Shown in pieces: positions 32,373 through 40,217 of a DNA stretch of 50,434 nt; position 1 is the stretch's first letter, and each line of letters starts with the position of its first letter. Under the pieces are notes generated by a model. The model was given only the letters and a program-made list of their open reading frames with translations, did no database searches and was not told the DNA's origin. Source of the stretch: Candidatus Thalassarchaeaceae archaeon (GTDB taxonomy: Archaea; Thermoplasmatota; Poseidoniia; Poseidoniales; Thalassarchaeaceae). A program made the translations under genes and the position numbers. Where the stretch lies: contig CBFIAW010000001.1 of the NCBI GenBank assembly GCA_965660655.1, positions 1 through 50,434 on the forward strand, read 5' to 3'.

Positions 32373-35300
32373 ATGACCGACGAAGGGCCACCTCCCGACA
32401 CCGAATCCGATGCCGGTGTCGAAATGAGCAGAGAAGGGAAGTCCGACCGGATAGACCCGATTTCGGGAGTCAAACTCAGCGAATACGACGAAGACGAACC
32501 CAGAGGCTTGTCCGGCCACTTCCCAACATCATGGCAACAGGGAACCCGGGGTCGTTTCGCCGACCAACCCAGATGGGCTAGGAGGATTATAGTCGCCGTC
32601 GCGATCCTTCTAGATTCAACGATACTCGGACTTAAGAGCGGCCTCGGCTCCCTAAATCTGCTGGATTGGCTTCTCGGCGACTCATTGCCGAACGAAATGC
32701 TCTGGCTAGTGCAGGTGGTGCTGTCCTTCGTCGGAGGCTTCGCACTCCTCCGAGTAATCTTCGACGATATGAGCTCCAGCAAAACTAGGACCACGCTTCT
32801 CTTTCTATCTCCAGTGCTGCTCTTCGCATTGACCATGTTGACTCTGGAAATGCTATTCCTGGGGCAAGACAAGGGCGCATCGATCACATTCGACCTTGCC
32901 GCCATTGGTACAAATACGCTAATCTGGTCAGCAACCTACCTGTCCATTGCAATAGGCCTGACGCTCACATACAAGGTCCAGAGCTATGGGAACTTCGCAC
33001 AGGCTGAACTCTTCATGGTCGGAATGTATGTCGGTATGATTCTGGCATGGAGCGATGCTTACTTCCCCCTATACGAGACACCGGGAGACGGAGTGATAAC
33101 TTGGACAATATTGCTCAGGTCGTTGCTGATCGCATTCGTGCTCACGGGCTTTGTCGGAATCTTACTCGATAGAGGGATCTACAGGGGGTTCAGAATCCGC
33201 AAGGCAAGCCCCCAGGTGATGATGATCGCCTCTCTAGGAGTCGCACTCATACTCCGGGGGATCTACTTCATGAGATTCGGCCCCTCGAAGATTATGTTCA
33301 GGCCAGATTCAGATTTTCAACACATCTCGAACAAGTGGGTGATTCCCACAACCAAGTTCCGCTTCAACATTGGCGAGAGGTCACTAGGGGAAGGAGAAAC
33401 CTACAGCCAGTTCAACTGCGAGCAGACGGGGGTGGACGAGTCAGGCGAACCGATTCTCTCCCGGATAGTCAGCGACTCATCGAAACCCAAGATCGAGGTC
33501 TACGACGTCGCAACAGATTGCGCAACGGCGCTCTCCAACAATTTCCCCGTATACAAGGGGGCGCTGCCGCTGACAGTCTTCCTCTCCGTAGCTATGCTGG
33601 TGATTCTTCTCAACAAGTCCAGGCTTGGGATGAGGATGAGGGCAGTAGCCGATAATCCGGAGTTGGCAGCCAGCAGTGGAATCAATGTCGAAAGCATACA
33701 GTTGGTTAGCGCATTCCTCTCTGCAGGAGTCACTGGGGCAGGAGGAGCGGTTTTCGCAACCACCCTCCTGTTCAACCCGACATCCGCATTCTCCCTCCTG
33801 CTGCCATCATTCGCAGTAATCGTACTAGGGACAATCGGCTCCATTCCCGGAGCAATCGTGGCTTCATTCCTAGTTGGCGTGGTCCGAGCCGCATCATCCC
33901 CAGTACTGGTCGGGGTCGGATACCCGCTAGGCAGGTCAGGATACTCAGCCATGGGGGGCGTGATGCCTTACATCTTCTTGGTCGCAATCCTGATGGTAAT
34001 GCCTCAGGGAATCGGTGATGCATGGGAAAAATGGAAGATCGAAAGGACAAGAAAGAGGAACCAAGAGAAAAACCAACGTGGTAGGGCCAGTAATTCTGAC
34101 AAATTGCTAGCTTCTCTTGCAATTCTGCCAACGGGAATCCTGGGACTCCATCATTGGAAGAACGGGAGATCGGATAAGGCCCAGAACTACTCCATATTGA
34201 CGTTCGGCGCATACATAACCCATCGAATATCTGGATTCATAGGACGCAACTCATTTGCCGACGAAGCATGCTCGGAACTATGCACGAACACCGAAAACGC
34301 CGAGACAAACATCGCACTACTAACAGGAAGAAACGACGGAACAGTGACGATCCAAGACTCGCCATTCTTCTCAGAGTCTGCTACAACATTGGATGAAAAA
34401 TGGCTCAGCCTAATGGAAACCGAGATTCACTTTGCGAACTTCGCAACAGAATTGTCTGAGATAATATGGCCACTCGTTCCCCTCTTGCTGTGGATGTTCG
34501 CAATTTTCGAGGGTATTGACATGCTGAATGGAGGCTCGATCTCAGCTAGGATGAGGGGGCTGATCAGTGGACTCGGAACCTCCGAATCAACCCGGGATTC
34601 CAGCAGAGGAGAAAACAAGAGAAAAACCGGTCTTTCTCTGATAGTATCGCCTATTTTCAATCTAAATAGAATCCACCACAATCTTGTCAACCAATCCAAG
34701 GGTGCAATCATTTCCAATTCGAGAATGTTATGGGAAAAGGCATCTTCATGGACAGCAATTCAGCGTCAACACGCCTCAACCACAATCAAGGACAGGTTCC
34801 CAGACTTCCACAATAGGGCTTCAAGCACAAACATCCTTGCCAATTTTGCAGATTCGTACGGGAGGGAAGGCTCCAAGGGATCGTGGTTCGCCTTCTCCAT
34901 CTTCTTCGCCATCATGCTGTCAGTACTGTGGTGGCTGCCCATCTCAACAGATCCCGACACATTCTACTGGGACAAGTCATTCCAACTTTCAAACGTCATC
35001 CAAAGCATCTCAATCTTCGTCCTTATGGCGTTCTCCCTGAATCTCCACACCGGCTACACTGGAATGGTTAACTTCGGAGTCATCTTCTTCGTCGGAGTTT
35101 CGGCAATCACGGTCTGCGTCCTCACCGCTCCGAAGGAGATGAACGGATACGGGTGGGACATTCTCCCCGCAGCACTGGTCGCGATAACCCTCTCAGCGTG
35201 CTTCGGTTGGTCATTAGCATATCCAACCGCAAGACTGAGGACAGACTACTTCGCAATTGTCACCATCTCCCTAGGGGAGATAGTCAAACTGCTGCTTTCG

Positions 35301-36284
35301 GCAGAGCCAATACTACGAACAGGCCCCACGAAGTCAGCCATCGGCCTGGGCAGCTATCCCCTGCCGCTCAAGGACTGGTGGTTCTGTGGCAGCGGGGTGG
35401 AAACTGGTCCCAATATGGAATTCGCCAGTGCAAATGACTGTAGGTCATCCACTTACAGCCTATCATCACCTTCTGAGAGGGTTAGTGAGATCCTCAGCCT
35501 CGGAGAACCGGCCCCCTACTCCTTCTTCCTAGCCATAGTCTGCCTCATCTCGGTTATCGTCGTCTGGATCCTACTTCAGAGGCTACTCTCATCACCATGG
35601 GGGAGGATCCTCAAAGCGATCAGGGAGGATGAGGAAGTCGCACAGCATCACGGCCATGACGTACTAAGAAACAAGGCTGCAAGCTTAGCATTGGGTGCTG
35701 CCATTGCTGGTCTCGCAGGTGTTCTATGGGCATGGAAATTGACCGGGATCTCACCCGCCTTCATGTCGCCGGCATCAACTACATTCCTTGTCTGGGCTGC
35801 CTTCATTATCGGTGGGTCCGCGAATAACAAGGGGATGATAATAGGGGCCATGATCATAGTCATGATGGAATACGTATTCAACGTTCTAGTCGTGGCTAGC
35901 TCGCCCGATCTGCCACTTTACGAAACAGCAAACGAGATTGACAGGGTCTTCGTCTGGTTCGTTACGGAGCAGTGGGAGGTTACCGCGGCATTCGCCTCGA
36001 TAGCATTTATCGGCATACTTTTCAGAGGAAGTAGGATTTCTGAATTCGGATTCTGGGGGGCACTTGTCTTTGCGTTCACAGCGCTGCTGATGCAGGGCGA
36101 GAGGTCACTTGCCTCAGCAACAAACTACGCTGGCGAAGTGACGATCTCAGGAGCAGGAATGGCCTACATCAAGTTAGTACTCATAGGATCACTAATGCTA
36201 TTCTCCCTGAAATACAACCCGAAGGGAATGTTGCCTGAGGTGCCAATGAGGCCAGAACGCCCCAACAGGGGTGATGTGCAATGA
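32373..36284 (+). CDS. Fused LivH-LivM branched-chain/hydrophobic amino acid ABC permease (1,303 aa) with an N-terminal extension of about 190 aa and an inter-domain linker of about 290 aa
   Basis: The LivH-type half (LSIAIGLTLTYKVQSYGNFAQAELFMVGMY ... ILMVMPQGIG) ends near nt 34010. The LivM-type half (FSLNLHTGYTGMVNFGVIFFVGVSA ... LKYNPKGMLPE) starts near nt 34880. The stop overlaps the livG start (ATGA). Confidence 0.85.
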   Translation: MTDEGPPPDTESDAGVEMSREGKSDRIDPISGVKLSEYDEDEPRGLSGHFPTSWQQGTRGRFADQPRWARRIIVAVAILLDSTILGLKSGLGSLNLLDWLLGDSLPNEMLWLVQVVLSFVGGFALLRVIFDDMSSSKTRTTLLFLSPVLLFALTMLTLEMLFLGQDKGASITFDLAAIGTNTLIWSATYLSIAIGLTLTYKVQSYGNFAQAELFMVGMYVGMILAWSDAYFPLYETPGDGVITWTILLRSLLIAFVLTGFVGILLDRGIYRGFRIRKASPQVMMIASLGVALILRGIYFMRFGPSKIMFRPDSDFQHISNKWVIPTTKFRFNIGERSLGEGETYSQFNCEQTGVDESGEPILSRIVSDSSKPKIEVYDVATDCATALSNNFPVYKGALPLTVFLSVAMLVILLNKSRLGMRMRAVADNPELAASSGINVESIQLVSAFLSAGVTGAGGAVFATTLLFNPTSAFSLLLPSFAVIVLGTIGSIPGAIVASFLVGVVRAASSPVLVGVGYPLGRSGYSAMGGVMPYIFLVAILMVMPQGIGDAWEKWKIERTRKRNQEKNQRGRASNSDKLLASLAILPTGILGLHHWKNGRSDKAQNYSILTFGAYITHRISGFIGRNSFADEACSELCTNTENAETNIALLTGRNDGTVTIQDSPFFSESATTLDEKWLSLMETEIHFANFATELSEIIWPLVPLLLWMFAIFEGIDMLNGGSISARMRGLISGLGTSESTRDSSRGENKRKTGLSLIVSPIFNLNRIHHNLVNQSKGAIISNSRMLWEKASSWTAIQRQHASTTIKDRFPDFHNRASSTNILANFADSYGREGSKGSWFAFSIFFAIMLSVLWWLPISTDPDTFYWDKSFQLSNVIQSISIFVLMAFSLNLHTGYTGMVNFGVIFFVGVSAITVCVLTAPKEMNGYGWDILPAALVAITLSACFGWSLAYPTARLRTDYFAIVTISLGEIVKLLLSAEPILRTGPTKSAIGLGSYPLPLKDWWFCGSGVETGPNMEFASANDCRSSTYSLSSPSERVSEILSLGEPAPYSFFLAIVCLISVIVVWILLQRLLSSPWGRILKAIREDEEVAQHHGHDVLRNKAASLALGAAIAGLAGVLWAWKLTGISPAFMSPASTTFLVWAAFIIGGSANNKGMIIGAMIIVMMEYVFNVLVVASSPDLPLYETANEIDRVFVWFVTEQWEVTAAFASIAFIGILFRGSRISEFGFWGALVFAFTALLMQGERSLASATNYAGEVTISGAGMAYIKLVLIGSLMLFSLKYNPKGMLPEVPMRPERPNRGDVQ

Positions 36285-37132
36285 AGCCCGCTCTCAGCAT
36301 CCAGAGTCTACGAAAGGAGTTCGGCGGCTTGATCGCCGTGGATGACGTATCATTCGAAGTGGGATCCGGGGAATTCGTGGGCCTAATTGGCCCAAATGGT
36401 TGTGGCAAATCGACTACATTCAACTGCATCAGTGGATTGCTGGAACAGACATCTGGGAAAGTCGAGGTCTTCGGCCAAGACGTCTCCAACATGAGGCCAG
36501 ACGAAATCCAAAAGATAGGCCTTACTAGGACATTCCAGCATACTAGGCTCTGGCGTCAGATGACAGTAATTGAAAACCTACTCGTACCTCCGAGGAGGCA
36601 GCTTGGGAACTCACTTCCCAGCCTAATAAAGTCCCTATTCATCAGGAGACGGGACTCCTTGGAAGTAAGCATTCAAGGATCAAATCCCATAACACTCATC
36701 CCTGGAAATCCCAGCGAAGAAGAGAGACTAACCAGAGCATTCCAGATCCTGGATCAATTGGAGGTCCCTCACATGGCGCACAATCTCACTAGTGATTTGT
36801 CCGGTGGGCAGAGCAAACTCGTCGACATTGGCAGATCGATGATGGGCGAACCGAAACTGCTCCTGTTGGACGAACCCGTTGCCGGTGTTGCAGGCCCCCT
36901 GGCAATGAAAATATTCAACAATCTGAGGAAGCTAGTGGATGACACGGGTATTTCCGTGCTAATCATTGAGCACAACATGGATTTCATCCTGAGACAGGGG
37001 GTCGACCGGATAGTCGTGATGAACGAAGGAGGAGTACTCATGCAAGGCACCCCAGACGAGGTTCGAGGGAACAGAGCCGTAATCGAGGCTTACCTCGGTG
37101 CCGCAGGGGACGCAGAGGAGGGAGAGGAATGA
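36281..37132 (+). CDS. livG: Branched-chain amino acid ABC transporter ATP-binding protein LivG
   Basis: Walker A GPNGCGKST, signature LSGGQSKLV, Walker B LLLLDEP. LivG-like N-terminus LSIQSLRKEFGGLIAVDDVSFEV. Carries an insertion of about 30 aa relative to typical LivG. Confidence 0.88.
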   Translation: MKPALSIQSLRKEFGGLIAVDDVSFEVGSGEFVGLIGPNGCGKSTTFNCISGLLEQTSGKVEVFGQDVSNMRPDEIQKIGLTRTFQHTRLWRQMTVIENLLVPPRRQLGNSLPSLIKSLFIRRRDSLEVSIQGSNPITLIPGNPSEEERLTRAFQILDQLEVPHMAHNLTSDLSGGQSKLVDIGRSMMGEPKLLLLDEPVAGVAGPLAMKIFNNLRKLVDDTGISVLIIEHNMDFILRQGVDRIVVMNEGGVLMQGTPDEVRGNRAVIEAYLGAAGDAEEGEE

Positions 37133-37848
37133 GCAGAGTGCTCGATGTGTCAGGGCTGGAGGGCGGCTACGGCTCGGTCCAGATACTGTACGGGATTGAC
37201 TTGCATGTAGACGAAGGGGAATTCGTCACTATCATCGGACCCAATGGCTGCGGCAAGTCTACCTTGATCAAGACTATTTTCGGAATCTCGACGTATTACA
37301 GAGGAGGGGTTGAGTATAGAGGCAGAGACGTCTCTGGATGGAGGACAGACCAACTTGTGAACAATGGAATCGCATACGTCCCGCAGGTGGATAACGTATT
37401 CCCCTCCCTCTCGGTGATGGAGAACCTGCAGATGGGCGGAAACTCCCTCACACAAGCACTACTCAATGAAAGGATAGAGAGGTCCCTCGTGATGTTCCCC
37501 GACTTGAGGAACAGGGAGTACGACCTTGCTGCCTCGCTCTCTGGCGGTGAAAGGCAGATGCTGGCGATATCCCGAGCCCTCATCTCAGATCCGAAGTTCC
37601 TGCTTCTGGACGAGCCTACCGCGGCACTCTCACCCCTCTACCAGCAGCAGATTATTCAGAGCATAGACTCCCTCCGTGATGAGGGAATAACAATCCTGAT
37701 CGTCGAGCAGAACGCTAGGCTCTCCCTAGCTAGGTCGGACCGTGGCTACATCATCTCCAACGGCAAGGTCGTGCATTCGGGAGATGCCCAGAAAATCCTG
37801 ACCGATCCGGAGATCGGAGAGTACTTCCTAGGATCAACCGGGGAATGA
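37129..37848 (+). CDS. livF: Branched-chain amino acid ABC transporter ATP-binding protein LivF
   Basis: LDVSGLEGGYGSVQILYGIDLHV, Walker A GPNGCGKST, signature LSGGERQML, Walker B FLLLDEP. The start overlaps the livG stop (ATGA). Confidence 0.88.
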   Translation: MSRVLDVSGLEGGYGSVQILYGIDLHVDEGEFVTIIGPNGCGKSTLIKTIFGISTYYRGGVEYRGRDVSGWRTDQLVNNGIAYVPQVDNVFPSLSVMENLQMGGNSLTQALLNERIERSLVMFPDLRNREYDLAASLSGGERQMLAISRALISDPKFLLLDEPTAALSPLYQQQIIQSIDSLRDEGITILIVEQNARLSLARSDRGYIISNGKVVHSGDAQKILTDPEIGEYFLGSTGE

Positions 37849-37859
37849 GGGCCAGCCTA

Positions 37860-39599
37860 CTAGTCCATCAGGGATTTGGCCTGCTCCGCCCACATCATCT
37901 TAGATACCCTTCCAGACGCCATGCCAAGTGCACCATTCACTGCTTCGGCAGTCTCTTTGTCCATCTTCGAGATCTGGTCGAACGTCCTGATGCCAAGCAC
38001 CTTCAGCTTCTTCTGCGTCTCAACATCGACTCCCTTGATGAGAGTCAGGTCATCGGATTTCCTGTCTCCCGCTTCGCCTATCTGGGCCCACTTGATTTGA
38101 GCCGCGCTGAGGTCCGCAATCACCCCATCATCGTCATTCAGTTTCCTGGAAGACTTGTCAACCCTCTTCAGATCCAGCATCGTGAGGGCCTGTTTAGTCC
38201 AAGCAAGCTCCGCTATCTTCCCAGGCAGCAACTCCAGAGAGTCATTGACCTCCCTAGAAGTCTCGGAATCAAAGTTGGAGATTTGCTCGTATGTGAATAT
38301 CCCCAGCGAATTCAACTTCTTCTCCGTGAATTCGTCGATACCGTTGATCATGGTGAGATCATCGGGGTTCTTGCCTTGGAAATTTGCTCCAATCTTAGTC
38401 CAATCAAGGGAACCTCTCCTCTGACCAATCCTCTCTAGAATCAAATCCTCTCTCTTCTCCTTCTCTATCTCCTCGGTGAATTGCTCTACGTTCTTTCCAG
38501 CCATCTCAGCTTTCTTAACGGCCTCGTCGAGTCTCCTCTTGGCTGTATCTGCATCGGCCTTCGCCTCCTTCGCCTCATCCTCCTCCATCTCGGCGATCAA
38601 CCGTGCTTCCTCAGCCTCAGATTCTTCTTCTTCCGCTCTCTTAGTAGCCTTCTCAGCCTCTTTCCTGGCTAATTCCACTTCCTCTTCAGCCTTGATAATC
38701 GCATCGCTGGCCTCAATCGTAAGCCGTTCATTCTCCTCCTCGAGATCCGCCTCTTCCAGAGCCCTTTGCTCTGAAAGAGCTTCCTTCTTCGATTCCTCCA
38801 GAGCAAATTTCTTCTCTTCTATCTCGACTTCGAGTTTCCTCATCTCAGCCTCTAGCTGTTCGATATCGGGTTGATCCTCTACAACCTCCCCTTTATCTTC
38901 GATTCCACTCACTTCCTGCGGTAATTCCTCGGGTACCTCAAGCTTCTCCCCTCCCTCCGGGGAATGACTATCATCTACTTCAGAAATCTCTAACGATGAA
39001 ATCTCAGTTCCATGCATTAGGTTGGAAACGACTTCCGGAATGAACCGCATGGATTTCTTCATTCGATGACTGTCATCAATCTCATGAAGTCTAACGTTCT
39101 TGCAATCTTCCGCGACCTTCCGAGAAAAGCTGATTGGAACCACTTCGTCGTATTTCCCGTGCATTATTGCCGTTGGGTGGGTTGGGATGGGCCATGACAT
39201 CTTCTCTGCCGATTCCATGAACTCCCATGGGAGGACAATGTCCAGCTCGAAGCCAGTGTAGCGTCTTTCTCCAGTCGTCTTCCATGCGCTCCTGCCCGTT
39301 TCCTCCATCCCTTCCCAGTTTTCTGCTAGCCCAAAGGCAGGGGCAATCAGCAGCAGCCTAGTTTCCGCCTGGGGCCTCATTGAGGAAGCGTTTGCCGCGG
39401 CTAGCCCCCCCATCGAGGAGCCCACGACTAGGTCAAATTCTCCCTCATCCAGATAGCGAATGAGAACCTCCGTCTGACTTGCTATGCTCCACCCCAATTC
39501 TGACATCTTAGGTGACGTGACATCCCATCCAAGGGCTTCCCTCATGTATGTGGGTTTGGAACCGTTCGGACTGCCTTCGAAACCATGTGCAAAGAGCAC
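37860..39599 (-). CDS. Fusion protein: YqiA-like alpha/beta-hydrolase esterase head, Glu-rich coiled coil, two C-terminal HhH-like modules of about 80 aa
   Basis: 579-aa ORF with GTG start. HGFEGSP, nucleophile elbow GSSMGG, and later YDEVVP and DDSHRM form a Ser-Asp-His candidate triad. Residues about 210-385 are E/K/A-rich heptads. Module 1 is at nt 38172-38408 (PDDLTMINGIDEFTEKKLNSLGIFTYEQIS...GKIAELAWTKQAL). Module 2 is at nt 37863-38096 (SDDLTLIKGVDVETQKKLKVLGIRTFDQIS...GRVSKMMWAEQAKSL). Confidence 0.8.
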   Translation of the reverse strand: MLFAHGFEGSPNGSKPTYMREALGWDVTSPKMSELGWSIASQTEVLIRYLDEGEFDLVVGSSMGGLAAANASSMRPQAETRLLLIAPAFGLAENWEGMEETGRSAWKTTGERRYTGFELDIVLPWEFMESAEKMSWPIPTHPTAIMHGKYDEVVPISFSRKVAEDCKNVRLHEIDDSHRMKKSMRFIPEVVSNLMHGTEISSLEISEVDDSHSPEGGEKLEVPEELPQEVSGIEDKGEVVEDQPDIEQLEAEMRKLEVEIEEKKFALEESKKEALSEQRALEEADLEEENERLTIEASDAIIKAEEEVELARKEAEKATKRAEEEESEAEEARLIAEMEEDEAKEAKADADTAKRRLDEAVKKAEMAGKNVEQFTEEIEKEKREDLILERIGQRRGSLDWTKIGANFQGKNPDDLTMINGIDEFTEKKLNSLGIFTYEQISNFDSETSREVNDSLELLPGKIAELAWTKQALTMLDLKRVDKSSRKLNDDDGVIADLSAAQIKWAQIGEAGDRKSDDLTLIKGVDVETQKKLKVLGIRTFDQISKMDKETAEAVNGALGMASGRVSKMMWAEQAKSLMD

Positions 39600-39607
39600 T
39601 CGCAGGA

Positions 39608-40045
39608 TTACTCCCCCAGGTCACAGAATGAGATTCTGAGGAATTCGCTTTCAGTCGCTTCTCGCTCCATGGGAGCTGCATCATCACCAAGGACCCTCAT
39701 GTGAATCTCTGCGGTTACCTCCACGGTGGCTTCGAAAAGATGCCCGCCCCTGACCACATGATCGTCGTCTGAGGCTACAATGTGAATATGCGAGAAAGGC
39801 CCATCTGGTCCAGGAGCTAGGTTCCCTTGCATCGAGAGAAGCTCCATCGGCTCATCTACAATTTCCTTCTGGTAGACTCCTTCAGAGTCGAGAAATCCGA
39901 TTGCAGTGTTCCGAACTCTGCCTATTCCGCTGGTCAGAGCAGCCGCAGTAATACCATGTTCGCTTAGGCTCCTGATTGAGTTATGCAACTCCTCGCCTTT
40001 GTCGAGACGGATGAATAGGTCTCGACCAATACGTCGGTGCTCCAT
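39608..40045 (-). CDS. PPC (DUF296) domain protein
   Basis: 145-aa ORF. ...IRLDKGEELHNSIRSLSEHGITAAALTSGIGRVRNTAIGF...LSMQGNL......HIHIVASDDDHVVRGGHL follows the plants-and-prokaryotes-conserved DUF296 pattern. It lies 8 nt upstream of the esterase-fusion gene on the same strand. Confidence 0.75.
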   Translation of the reverse strand: MEHRRIGRDLFIRLDKGEELHNSIRSLSEHGITAAALTSGIGRVRNTAIGFLDSEGVYQKEIVDEPMELLSMQGNLAPGPDGPFSHIHIVASDDDHVVRGGHLFEATVEVTAEIHMRVLGDDAAPMEREATESEFLRISFCDLGE

Positions 40046-40165
40046 GCGTGTCCATTCGGGTCTCAGACTTCAAACTCACGATAACCCACTCACTCGGCGA
40101 ACTTCCAAAACGATGTCCAGTAGAAGAGGGGAATTACCAGAACAGCATCCTGAGGGTGCAACATT

Positions 40166-40187
40166 TCTCCACTGGAAACAAAGGGGT
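40166..40187 (+). promoter_or_regulatory. Origin recognition box (ORB)-like element: dyad plus G-string
   Basis: TCTCCACTGGAAACAAAGGGGT lies in the 172-nt divergent intergenic region upstream of mcm. It matches, from memory, the archaeal ORB architecture (C)TCCA-NN-GGAAAC, a short spacer, then GGGG(T). A degenerate second copy, TCCAGTAGAAGAGGGG, is at 40116-40131 in the same orientation. An AT-rich ATATTA follows at 40191-40196. Confidence 0.5.
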
Positions 40188-40217
40188 TCGATATTACGAC
40201 CATACTGTTCATAGGCC

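Noticed and set aside
32268-32581. ORFs 32279..32581+ and 32268..32519- in the SBP-permease spacer.
   Set aside because: Both run through the 14-bp hairpin and into the permease gene out of frame. Their products are Arg-rich with no features.
37845-38438. 197-aa plus-strand ORF, and the similar 46772..47020+.
   Set aside because: They are antisense to the HhH-like modules of the two paralogous minus-strand genes. Their mutual similarity simply mirrors the similarity of those modules.
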